From Guillardia theta CCMP2712 (Eukaryota; Protista; Cryptophyta), in the NCBI RefSeq assembly GCF_000315625.1, contig NW_005434673.1, positions 1,069,012 to 1,133,011 on the forward strand: a DNA stretch of 64,000 bases, written 5' to 3'. Positions 52,401-64,000 of the stretch are shown piece after piece. Below the pieces are notes generated by a model, which worked only from the letters and a program-made list of their open reading frames with translations, was not told the DNA's origin and made no database searches. The position numbers were made by a program, and so were the translations under genes. Each line of letters starts with the position of its first letter. Position 1 is the stretch's first letter.

Positions 52401-55400
52401 AGAGTTTTGAGAGCGGCGTCATGATCGCAACCGACGGGAACGCTGGCAGATATTTCAGATTCGTCGATCGCGACAGGTATGGGAACGAGAGGAGCAAAGG
52501 AGGTGAGAAATGGACTTTCAAAGTGACTGGGCTCGATCTCGGATCTTGTCCGCACATTCAAGACAAGATCCTCCACGACATTACCTGCAAATGTTCCGAC
52601 GACACCATTGTCGGCATCTATGACCTCACCCTCGGCACTTGCAACCGAGAAAAATTCCCTGAAATCGCGTGGAACGTGATAGCTTTGAGCAGAGACATCT
52701 GCTGCTTGTACAACATGAACAATGTCTCATGTTTGCCCGCGGACTGCTGTGGACCTCCACGTCAGAAGATGTGCGCTTCGCTAGACAGATGCGTCAACAA
52801 CGCGATGGACTCACCATCGTGTTCCTCATGGACGCTCGTCAACGTGTTGACAAACTTCTTCAGGTTTGCGGGGGCAGGTTGTCCTGTGCTTGAGAAGCTG
52901 GGAAGAGAATATGGCATCATCACACCTGATCTTCCTTGCGGTCTCCCGCAGGAGCATCAGTTGTGGAGCTTTTCAGACGCTCTGCCGGCATGGGAGTCGG
53001 TGCAGGGATATCGTTCCTCACAGGATCATGCTGTCTTCCAAGACTTCGACAACGGAACTTACATGGCCACTTACTTTCACACTACTTCGGGGCTGTATCA
53101 GATCTCCATCGTCAATGACAATGGCTACCTGATCCATGGCAGCCCGTATGCTCTTTTGTGTGCTGGCGTATGCATGACTCGTGACTGCCGCAGGTACGAT
53201 ACCATGGTCAAGCCCGGGCCCATACATCCCCCATCAGTTGGGGTGAACGATCGTGGTGTAGCATACACAGACTTGCAGTCCGTCATCGCCGGTGCGACAT
53301 CCTCGTTGGACTTGCTGCTTCGAGACATGAACGGCAACTCCCTCTGGTCAACTCAGCAAGGGGCGCAAGAAGACCGGAAACTTCGGATGCAGAGCCCCAA
53401 GATGGATGGATATGAGACCCCTCAGCGCCTCCTCAACCTCACCATTCAGCCCATGGTCGTTGAGTTCTTCGATGCTGTCATCGGCATGTCCTCCGTCGTC
53501 GTCTGGGAGGCCAACTTTTCTCCTCTTGTAGTGCAGGATTACGGCGATGGGCTCGTGCGATCCGACTACATCGTGACTACAGCAGGAGACTTTCAGCTTC
53601 ACATACTCTTCGACGGCGAGGTTATCGCATCCTCTCCTTACCGCCTGCGTGTGAGGCCTGGGCCTGTAAGCATTCCGGACAGCACAGCCTTTGGTAGCGC
53701 TTTGCAGACTTGCGGAGCAGGAACTCTCTGCACGCTGTCGATCGAGGTGCGAGACGCGTGGGGCAACCGGAGGATTCTAGAGGAAGACGAGGGTCCCTCC
53801 TGCCACTTGCAAGGCCTCCTGGCCAACTGTGTTCCCGTTGATTCTGTCAAAACAAGCTTCGGACAAGAACCTTCCTGCTTGGACCCGAGTACGGGGATAG
53901 CTGGGATCCAAGTCCATGCGACCTCGTCCTGTGCCATGGCCTTTCTTGGGTCCTTCACTGTTATGTTCGTCGACCCTGTCAGCCCTGCAAACATGCAGGA
54001 GCAGAGCTTTCAAATCGACAAGTCCAACTTGTACTCTGGGAGTTACAATGTGACGAACGCTGGACAACACCTCTTATCCATCGTGTACAAGAAGCCTGAC
54101 GGCACCTGGACCCATATCAGACACTCGCCTTTCAGCGTCACCATCGTAGGAGGAGTTGCCGTACCCAACATGTACTTGATATCTGTTATTATTTTATCTC
54201 CCTCCCTCCTCCATGGCTCTTTCCTGATCCTAGCTCGTCCGCTTGCTCACGCTTCGCTTGTATCAGGTGCTCCTGCCAAGGCCAAACAAGCGAGCTTCAT
54301 GCGGGACTCCCTGGCACTCTTATCCTCACCAGCAGGGATGCCTGGGGCAATGCGAGGATTCAAGGAGGCGACCACGTATCAGGCTGGATCCAAGGACCTC
54401 TCACTACCCGCGCTACAGCAGCGGAAGGACCGTTGGGGAAAGGCTACCCTGTATCTGTGGTTGACCGTCACAACGGTACATATCATGTCGAGTACTTCTT
54501 GACGGTGACTGGGAAATACTCGTTCTCGCTATCTATCAACGGCTATGACGTGAACAACAGCCCCTTCGAGTTGTTTGTGGTGCAAGGCTTCCAGTTCTTG
54601 AGCTTCTCTCGACCAGTCGGTCTTCAGTTACTAAGCAGCGCCAACATCAATCAGAACAGCAGCACTCTCGACCTCACGTCTCCGTCCAATAACAGCATCG
54701 GAGCTGTTTGGTACTCAATCCCCCAGCGCGTGGCACAGGGCTTTGTGATGGACTTTCGCTTTCTTCTCCACAGTTTCTCTTCCGTCTGTAACTCGTGGAA
54801 CTACGGAACAAACAGCAACGAGTACTGCACGTTGAGGCGAGGCGAGGGCTTCGCTTTCATGCTGGTTGGAGGGGGCGATGGCATGCCTGCGTATGGCGAT
54901 GGAGGAGCTCAGCTGGGGTATGGAGGTCTCCGCAAGTCATTGGCGATCGAGTTCGACGTGACCGTCAACCCCCAGCTGGGAGACGCTGGACAAAATCACA
55001 TCTCGATTCACAGCCGAGGAAGCGAGCCCAACTCAGCAGCTCACACTTTCTCCATCGCACAGACTCCGCAGCTCCCGATCCTCTTCGATGGCAACGAGCA
55101 TCACGTGAGGATACGGTACGATCACTCCATACCAAGCTCTTACCTCAAGGACCCATGCTTCAAGGTGTCGCAGTACGGAGCACGCTTCCTCTCCTCTAGT
55201 CCTCGACGAGACTTGGGGTCGCTGACAGTGTGGATCGACGATTTTGACCGGCCGGTCCTTGTGACTGCGCTGAACCTCATGTCCTTCCTTGCGTACCCTC
55301 CTCAAGGCACAGCTTGGGTTGGCTTCACGGCGTCCACCGGATCAGAGTTCATGGTTGCCAGCATCAGAGAATGGAACCTGCAGGTCGGGGCTTGCATGGA

Positions 55401-55491
55401 CGACTGCAATGACAACGGATTCTGTCTCGATGGCTTCTGCATATGCGACGAGGGTTTTCGCGGTTCGTCTTGCAGAGATGTGAACGTATGA
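49451..55491 (+). CDS. Large secreted protein: signal peptide, EGF, CUB, multiple filamin/Ig-like repeats, legume (L-type) lectin, EGF
   Basis: CNGHGECNTQYGLCVCYSGWSGFNC (EGF); YAPSLNCIWYI...DWVFVYEG...FQSDWAYGSKGF (CUB); repeated D..NGTY..Y...G.Y.L/ISI....I.GSPF/Y (filamin); GAVWY...GEGFAF...SLAIEFD...NHISIH...WVGFTASTG (L-lectin); CNDNGFCLDGFCICDEGFRGSSC (EGF). Confidence 0.88.
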
Positions 55492-56104
55492 AGGAATCGG
55501 GAACTCGTTTGACCTGCCATTGAATACCCCTCAGTGAACTCGCCTACCAGGCGAGTTCGATTTTGACTGAGAAGAGCAGTAGCGCAAGGTTTACCCCGGT
55601 CATCAGGGTGTATCAAGAGTACCCTTATGATCACTTAACTCTGATGAGTAAAATTCATCAGCCCGATCAGACTGACCCGGGCCTTTGCCCGTTGTAACGG
55701 ACAAATTCACCAATGTAACTACCGTAACTGTCTGTCCCTTCATGCTGACAGCAAACAGAGAGGGAAGGAACAAGTCAGAGACAGATGAGATATTAGATAC
55801 AGATGATAGACAGATGATAGACAGATCAGAGAAAGATGATAGACAGATTAGAGATGGAAGGTGGAGAGAAATATGAGAAGTTTTAGGAACCAAGTAGAAT
55901 ATGACATAGTTGAAAGCATGGTCCAAATAAATCTGAGAGAACAACGACGGACGTTGAATTACAGTTCATGAAATTTCGATATGTTGCTATTGAAATTTAG
56001 TTTCTAATGTGATCAAATATCATGTCACGAGGAAGGTTATGGAATGACAAGAATATGTGAAGGCGAAGGCGCTGGCTTGAACTGACTTGAAGCACAGGCT
56101 TGCA

Positions 56105-58202
56105 ATGTCAGGAATAGCTGATCTGAGCATTCCTCTCATCAAGAAGGAGAAGATGAGGAGAAATGTTCTTCTGGTCTCCATTCTGACAATGGCTGTGATT
56201 GGGCTTCTTTTGATGTCCTCGCACGTAAACAAGAATGCTTTGCTGGGATTCAATCAACCTTTCGACTCCGACGTGCCCGTACAATGGGACTCAAGTGCAT
56301 CAAGTGATCTGCAAGGAATCAGCAGATACTTCAGCTCTCCTGGTTCTCATTTGAGGAACAGAGCACCGACTGCACACCCATCACTCAAGGCTCGAACTAC
56401 CATCCTTGCCGACGTGCCAGCGCACGAGTGGTCTAAGCATCATTATCGTGATGTTGCTGCTTCCAAGATGGACCAGCAGACTGTGAACGGGATCTGGTAC
56501 GACAAGGATGAAGCATGGAAGGGCATTGATGAGGTGCTCCCTACCGATACTCCGTACTCCTATCAACTCGCGCACGTCGGCAAGGGCGAGGAGTCGAAGA
56601 TGGAGGCCTTTCTTTCGCATGCATACAAGCAACTGAGCAGTCTCAAGAAAGCTCTTCGTCAAGTCAAGGGCGAGAAGTCAGCGGATGACAAAGAGCTTGA
56701 AGGAATCCTCTCTCAAGGAGAGTCTGCGCTGAAGAAAATTGAAAAACACGTCTGGGCTGACACAGCAAATGCAGAGTACAGGAAGCAAGTGAATGACAAG
56801 ATGCACATGAGGGCAACATCGAAGACGATGCTGAGATCCATGAATCTACCACAAAACCATGCATCCTCAAAGCATTATGAATCCGCTGAAAAGGCAGCAA
56901 ACGATTTGAACAAATACTTTGACAAGTTGGACAAGAAGACAGAAATGGAAAACAAACAAAACGCCCGGCGAGCCGATGAGGACAACTCCATGTCGCTTGG
57001 CGACATCAAAAATAATCCTGGACAAATTCTGCATGCTGCTCAAAGGCGCCAGTTCGATCTTTCCGAAGTCCGACCATTGGCCGAAGTGTTTGTGAAGATT
57101 ATGGCGAGAGCGATCAAGGCCGACAAGGCTCAAAGCCTTGAGATCAAACCCCCGTCAGAGGAGAGAACACAGAGCTGCCAGCTCTGCGTCAAGATCATGG
57201 GATGCGAGGACTGCTGTGAGATCATATGCCTGGGAGTCGACGATGAAAACAAGAAAGAAGAACCGAGCTCTACAAAGGCGCCATCTCCTTCTATCCTGAG
57301 GTCGGTGGTGAACAAGTTGGCTCGCGTCCCCTGCGAGTGTCAAAGTGCGGAGTGCAAGGAGTGTCCGCAGCACGATCAAATCCGCAAGCCATGGTCTTCC
57401 CTTACTGCCTCCGACAGGTCTAGCTCTCTCTCTGTGATGTCCATTCTCTGACCCTGTAACAGGGAGCTGTCCGAAGTCGTAGAGAAGAACGAAGAGATCA
57501 AGAAAGCGTCAGAGGCGGTGGCGAGATCGAATGCGATTCTTCGTGAGCGTGTCGCTGCCCTCGAGGCGACCAACCAGATGGCCATCCGTCAGGCACTTTG
57601 AATCGATGGAGCGATTGACCTTCTAACATCTTGCCTCTCAGGGTCTTGGAGCCTATGTGCCTGAGGAGTCGGACGACGCGTGGGTTGCGCGGGAGCCGTT
57701 CCCTGGAAAGAGCGAGCAAGTCGCCTCAGGGTTCTCCGATGGCGTTCAGGTTGCAAATCATGGCCGTTGAAAGGGCCTCACTTACTCTGGTGCAGGACTT
57801 GCAGAAGCAACTGTTGGGTGCGCGCAGAAAAATCCAGAGGCTGAGGCAGGAGCTGAAGAATTCCGACGCCGCTGCCTATCATGGCGCTGAGGTTGATTTA
57901 TGAGGTGCTGGTGTAGCGGTTTACATCCACTCAGGTCGCAGCTGAGATGAGGTACAAGCTCGACCAGGCCACAAAAGCTGCTTCGTCGCTCCTCCGTTCC
58001 AAGGTTCGCGTCATCCAGCTTTTCCTTCTCTCTCAATCTTTGACCTCTTTCGCAGGATCAGACAGATGAGAGTGCGCTTCCCTTCTATGAGCAGCGGGCG
58101 TATGGGGGCAAACAGACAGAAGCTGATGTCAGGAGGTACGAGCGAGATGTGCGAAGGGGAACAGCTTTGCCGTACGGTGAGACTGTCGGGAGACTCTACT
58201 AG
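56105..58202 (+). CDS. Type II membrane/secreted protein of unknown function with coiled coils and a Cys cluster
   Basis: MSGIADLSIPLIKKEKMRRNVLLVSILTMAVIGLLLM anchor; 454-aa ORF; CQLCVKIMGCEDCCEIIC and CECQSAECKEC; short 3' exons to TAG at 58200-58202. Confidence 0.7.
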
Positions 58203-58253
58203 ATAGAGGAGCTGGCGGCTCTAGTTGTACTTTAAACACTTCCTTCTTCCCTT

Positions 58254-59760
58254 TCACGTGCGTTTCTGCTGCTTCTGAGCCTCCAGCGCCTGCTTCATGA
58301 TGCGATCGTACATGACGATCGACCCCTGGGCCAACATGAGTGCCGCACAAGGAGAAAGCGATACCAACCGCTACCGCGACGTTGAAGGAAGCATATCTGC
58401 ATGAAGTCAGCCGGAAACTTGTGAGGGCGGAGTACGAACCGGATGGATGGCAGAGCAACGTGAGAGTGACAGGAGCGGATCACAGACTCCGGCAGCCCTG
58501 TGCTTCAATCAAGCCCGAGACACTCTCCATTCTCGACCTCTCACCATTATCTTCGCTCCCTAAGATGTAGATCGCCCGCTTCCTGTCGCTCCAAATCAAC
58601 ATGTCCACATAGCTCAGCCTCAACAAGTCCGAAAGTTCATGAGTATTACGGATGTTCAAAGGTTTCGAGAGGTTCTCCTCCCATCTGATTGACAGTGAGA
58701 CGAGCAACCTCACGCATCTTTCTCTACCTCCACCGCCACCCACTTGGCACCGTACGCACTGCAGGCCACAAAGGAATTCCAGTCTATGCAAGGTAAGCGA
58801 GCGACGGTAAGACACCAACGTACCTGGATACTCGACCATGGGGATCTTTGTGAAAGACTTGACTACGTCTGTGCGATGGCTTGAAAATCTATCTCCTGAA
58901 GCTCAGCTCAGTCCCTGACCCGCTTCAGTTCCATTTCTTGACCTATCAAGAACATGCTGGCGGCTCCGAGCTGATAGCCTGCAAGCGTTCAGAAGGATCA
59001 AAACCCTCATCATCTACATGATCGCCAGAGTGTCCCCAGGTTGTCCACATTTTTCATGCCCATCACCCCGCACATAAAGTATCCGTCTTCCTGTTCTTTG
59101 ACAAGAGACTCTGCATACGGTTGACGAAAAATCTGGAGGGAGCTAATCAGTTGCATCCTGCTGCTCCTGCCCCTGTCCTCTAATCACCTGAATGTCAATC
59201 CTCCTCGGGGGGCTTGAAAGCGCGTCAAAGGTAACATCCTTCCTCAAGGTTGTCCATCCTAATTGCTCGGTGTCGTACACGCGCACATCCAACTGATCCA
59301 CTTCCACGCCATCAGTTCGCAACAGCTCAAGGATCGAATCGCCAGTGACTCGCCCTCCTGTAGCTTTCAAGTCCACCTGAATGTGCAGGAGCTTTCCATC
59401 TCTGGGAGCATTTTCACCTTTTTCATTGTCTGAACATTATTACCTTGTCAATTTGCCGCCTTCGTAAAAATATCGAATCCACACAGTCTTGAAATTTTCG
59501 TCGTCAACAGGGAAAAATGGCTGGAGAGGAAATCCTTTTGTCCCTCCAAAGCAATCCTCGTTTACCATCCTCTGACATGTCATTGTCCGACCCAACCGAG
59601 GGGGGATAGGCTTGCTGCTATGAAACCTTGAGATCAAAGATGCGTAGAAAACATTCAAAGGAAGACGCATGCTTTTTCGTGCAGCTTGAGAGATGCTCGT
59701 ATGCGATACAAACGCTGGATGGGCGATGCTCCTCTTCATCAGCACAGCAGATGACGACAT
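58254..59760 (-). CDS. SpoU/TrmH-family (SPOUT) RNA methyltransferase with N-terminal extension
   Basis: GYFMCGVMGMKNVDNLGTLWRS|YQLGAASMFLIG; GGEPLETFEHP|RAIYILGSEDNG; SCHSHVALPSIR|YASFNVAVA...MYDR correspond to SPOUT motifs 1-3. Confidence 0.88.
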
Positions 59761-59903
59761 GATTGCGTTGGCCCAATCTAGAGCATACAAAAGCTCATCA
59801 CGATACTGATAATCACATGCTGCTATTTAGACATGATGCGTTCTTTATTTGTATCCTTCTCTCCTTGAATCATTCCCTCCTTGTATCCTGCACTCCTCAT
59901 ATC

Positions 59904-60068
59904 GCTCTCTTGCTCTCTTGCTCTCTTGCTCTCTCGCCCTCCCACCCTCTCGCCCTCTCGCCCTCTCGCCCTCTCGCCCTCTCGCCCTCTCGCCCTCCCA
60001 CCCTCTCGCCCTCCCACCCTCTCGCCCTCTCGCCCTCTCGCCCTCTCGCCCTCTCGCCCTCTCGCTCG
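59904..60068. repeat. (CTCGCCCT)n octamer array preceded by (CTCTTGCT)n
   Basis: Directly visible. Confidence 0.95.
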
Positions 60069-60594
60069 TTCCCTCCTGCGCTCCGAAGTATATTTGGTCG
60101 CATTGTGCACGTTTTTTACTCAAGTCTACAGGATGGGGTGGGGGTGGTGGAACTATTCGGGTGGTATCCCCTCAAAGGGATGGTAGGGGGTTGTATTAAG
60201 TCTTTTTGTCTAGGGGGTGGTGCTCACCGGTGGCGGATGCGCATGTAAAGTGAAGAACTGCGATAGGGCAAGAGGAGGAGGAGGAGGAGGAGGAGGAGAA
60301 GGAGGAGGAGAGAAGGAGAGGACCTGAGAGTGTCCTGATGAAAAAAAGAGGAGGATCAGGAGGAGAATGAGACAGATGAAGAGGGAGGATTGAAAAGAAC
60401 AAGTGAATCATCGAGGGAAGAAGTTGCAAATGAGAACAAACCTCGAAACATGACAGTCGGCTAGGTCAGCGGGGAATGAATAGGTCTCGTCGGAGTTTTC
60501 AATCAGTTTAATGTCATTCTTTACTCAGGTTCATTCATGAGGGTTCGCTACCTGAAAACGTACTGATACAAGGAAGATAATAACGAATGTTGCC

Positions 60595-61532
60595 ATGAAC
60601 AAACAACGAAGAATTGCGATTGCATACGACAGAAGTGAAGAATCAGACCAGGTGTTTCCCGTGAACTCATTTCAATCCATCAATCCTCCAGCCCTCCTTC
60701 TCCTTCTCCTTCTCCTTCTCCTTCTCCTTCTCCTTCTCCTTCTCCTTCTCCTTCGTCTTCTTCTGTCCGACGGTCTGCTACTTTAGGCGCTTTTGTGGTG
60801 TATCAAGAAGTTCGCGACCCGCGATGACTTGCTGGTGTTGATTCACATCATCAAACTGAGCGAAGTGGACGACGAGGTTCAAGACGCATCAGCGAATGCA
60901 TCGGATGCATGCATGCCATGGAAGGTAGAGCAAGGTCCTCGCTTGCAACGTATGACGCGTGGGGCGCAGGATCTTCATCGAGGGCATGAAGCTGCAGGCA
61001 GGTGAAGTGAGCGCTTTCTATTCAGCTGCCATGCTCACGTGTGTCTTGACAGATCGCCGAACAGTGATGAAGGAATGTGCGTAGACATGGCGAGGTGATG
61101 TTGCTTGTAGGATCACAACTGAGAGGAACTCCCTGGCGGAGGTTCGAGGCAGCCATACGCATGTGTGAGCAGCATGAAGTGTCCTTCACGGTATGAGGCG
61201 GAGACAAAAACAGACTCTAAAGCCATCCAGGCGGTTCTGGCCCGAGGAGATGTGGGGCCAACGCTCGTTGAGACTATCAATGCACAAGACTGCGACGTTG
61301 CTGGTCCACCCTCTCAATCTTTATGTGCCTGATGAACTCTCTGAACTTCATTGTTTTGAGCCTTATCAAACGTATGTAACTTGTTAAGAGGCAGTTATTG
61401 GAGCAAGAAATCTCAATACGCTACAGCGAGCACTTCTCCCTCAAACAACCAAATTTGTGCTGCAGGTGCGCACATGGATGGTCGTACACGTTGATCTGCC
61501 ACATTATAATATTACAACTCCCTCGCTGCAGT

Positions 61533-61582
<50 letters not shown>

Positions 61583-63354
61583 TCTCGTCGTCGTCGTCGC
61601 CACCACCACCACCACCACCACTACCCTTTTCACTACCCTTTTTTCTGACTTTTCGTTTAATTTGTAGAGGATCGATTGCCCTCTCATCGTTCACAGGTAG
61701 AATTGAGAAATGCAGCCACATGTTCTGACTGAGGAGCAGGATTCCTTCTCATGTAACATGAAGTTTCCTTTCTACTTGTCTGGGTCAGTCCCATGATTGT
61801 CGTGCCTGCAGTCAAATCGATCTGAAAGAGAAGTCGCTGCTTCAAATTGCGAAAGTTCAGCTGGAGTCCAGCAAGGTCTTGTTTGATGAATGCAAAATTT
61901 GGTTGTCATTGTCGTGTTTTCAGCACCTTCAAGACTTTCGGAAGAGAAAGTTTTCATAGCAGAAAGTGGGAAAGGAGTGGACAACCTTGAAGATTCAAAC
62001 CGAAACTCGACAGATTCTGCTCGAGGTCGACGGGATAGTGCAAGGTGACAGTACGAGTCATGAGATGGGATCTTATTTGTCTCCTGCTAGACGGATTGCA
62101 GTGGCAGTTGATGGCTCAACCTCCTCAAAAGTTGCTCTGATGTGGGCCGTCAAGCACTGGTGCTCATCTTGTTACTCAATCCTCCCATCATGCTTCTCCT
62201 GCTCCTGCTCCTTCCCCTTTGCCGTTTATTTACGGTTTTGCTTCCTCCCCCCTTGCATGTTCTCCAGCTATAGGCAAGGAGACGTCATCCTTCTCTTCCA
62301 TTGTCAGCCGCTCCAGTTCAACCCTGGCGCAGGGTATGGAGCAGAGAAAACCTTTCAGGTAATGTCCACGTGGGCAATTCTCAACTTAATCCTAAGCGAA
62401 AGGCGCTCGAGGACAAAGCAAAATCCACTGGCACGAGCGTGAGCGCTTTGTTGTTGTTACCTCCTTTCTTCTCTTCGACTCCCTACTCCGATCGTCTTTC
62501 TCGTGCTCGTGCTCTTGCTCCGCGTCATTCCTTACTCCCCTCGCTCCCATGAAGTACAAGTTGGTTCAATCAGTTTTCCAGGTCTTGAAGCGATTTGCCA
62601 AAAGGCTCGAGCAGAAAAAGGTGTCCTGCATTCAAATACTCGCGCGTGGGGACCCAGCAAGCGAGCTTGCCCTGCTTACAGAGAAGAACAAGTGAGACGT
62701 TAAGCAATGAACGGGCGAGGAGATCATGCGAGGTGGCAGGTGCCATCTGCTCGTGATGGGATCACATGGAACTTCTTATGATGAACGAAAGGATTCAGGT
62801 TGATCATTTGACGTTTCACGAAGCATCTCTCTCCGCCCCTCTCTGCAATTTTCTTCCTTGTTTCTACATGTCCTTTCCTATTGTTTTTTCGTGCTTTCAC
62901 TTAAGATTGGCACCGACCTGCTTGTCTTCTTATCCCTCTTCTTGTGTCTCATCCTGCTGCAGGTGGCCAGTGGCAGCGACTCGCTTCCTGGTTCTATCGA
63001 CCAGCAGACAAGGTTTGGTCTAGACTTCCTTCCTCCTGCCTCTCTTTTGCGGTTCCGTATCCTCCACGCGCTTCTAGGATCCTTCTGCACTCCCTCTGCT
63101 AATTTTTCTTCGCTTGCGTTGCTACTTCGATTCTATCCACTTGCTTCAAAATCTGATCGGCGGTCATTATGGCCGCGCTTCTTACATGTTGGCAGACGGC
63201 CCCGAACAAGCACGCCGTCGGCAGTGTCTGTAAATTTCTTCCTCCCCCTCTCACTGAACTTGCTAACCTTGCTATAGGTTTCGCTGCAGCCAGCTCAATG
63301 CCAGCTCCTCTTGTGATAGTCGACAGGGTCAAGAGCTCTGAAAGTTACAAGTGA
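60595..63354 (+). CDS. Universal stress protein with two USP domains (possibly two adjacent genes)
   Basis: RRIAIAYDRSEES..ALLWC...LVLIHI...GDVGPTLVE...VIGARNL and RRIAVAVDGSTSSKVALMWAV...ILLFHC...GDPASEL...LLVMGSHG...VGSV...APLVIV. Confidence 0.85.
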
Positions 63355-63423
63355 TCGATGGATTCATTGGCTATGGCTTGCTGAGTCCAGCTGAAGTTGA
63401 GCAGAAACAGAGTCTGACGTCAT

Positions 63424-64000
63424 TCACTCTTCGACATTGCGGAGCGGCTCCATCTCGTCGCCGTCCCCAGCTGGTCCGTAGGGGCTGACAGAAGCTGTCA
63501 AGCGTGCAACACAAGAGGATGCAGAGTCTACCTAACGACCTGGTGCCCTTTTCCGAAGACCTTCCGGCCTAACCGGTTCAAGCAAGGACGGCAAGGCGAA
63601 ATCTACAAGCAGATTCAACCAGGCAGTAAGTTATACAAGCACAGGAACCGCGATCATGAAAAATGTCCAGATTCCGGTCAGTACTCCTCCGGCAGCGATA
63701 GAAAAGATCCTGTCATGTCACAACACAACCACCGACTCCTCCTCGTCCTCCTCGCCCCCTTTCCCCGCACCTCCCTCCACCCAAAGAACCCACTCTCCTT
63801 GCCAGCATTGCTAGCCTCCATCTCCCCCCGTTCCTTCATCTCCCTGTCTCTTTACAAATCGCCTTCCCCCTCGAACAAACCTTCAACCTGATCGCTTCTG
63901 AGTTGGATTTCGGATCCGAAGATATCCATGACCAACCACCAATCTCAAGTGGACGACGAAACTTCCATGGGAAATGGAGATCGATTTAAGATCGCTGATG
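63424..64000 (-). CDS. 3' end of an unknown membrane-protein gene (partial)
   Basis: Exon IFSIAAGGVLTGIWTFFMIAVPV (TM-like) between GT-AG introns; putative final exon ...GDGDEMEPLRNVEE*. Confidence 0.4.

Overview
Gene-dense, intron-rich eukaryotic nuclear DNA. Many introns are about 45-55 nt, others are inflated by microsatellites, and one gene has a signal peptide followed by Phe (a bipartite plastid leader). Together these point to an alga with a secondary red plastid, most consistent with a cryptophyte (inference). About 17 genes are recognisable: Sec1/Munc18, DUF4442 thioesterase, a PDZ-like protein, a secreted trefoil/Cys-repeat/LysM protein, a BMT5-like methyltransferase, a Kelch protein, glutathione reductase, ABHD11, a PHD-finger protein, a coiled-coil protein, a putative thylakoid-lumen protein, an EGF-CUB-filamin-L-lectin protein, a type II membrane protein, a SpoU methyltransferase and a tandem-USP protein. 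The dominant structure is a palindrome of about 16.6 kb (arms about 16542-25379 and 25941-33130). It carries two apparently intact copies of an unusual fusion gene: an M50B-like HExxH membrane module, a class II glutamine amidotransferase whose CGNFG is internal rather than N-terminal, and an SIS domain. A second, smaller palindrome (Kelch gene) of the same design lies next to it, also centred on a promoter with one arm internally deleted. TACCCC/GGGGTA/TGACCC-rich islands recur near gene 5' ends. Exon boundaries and identities were read by eye and are approximate.
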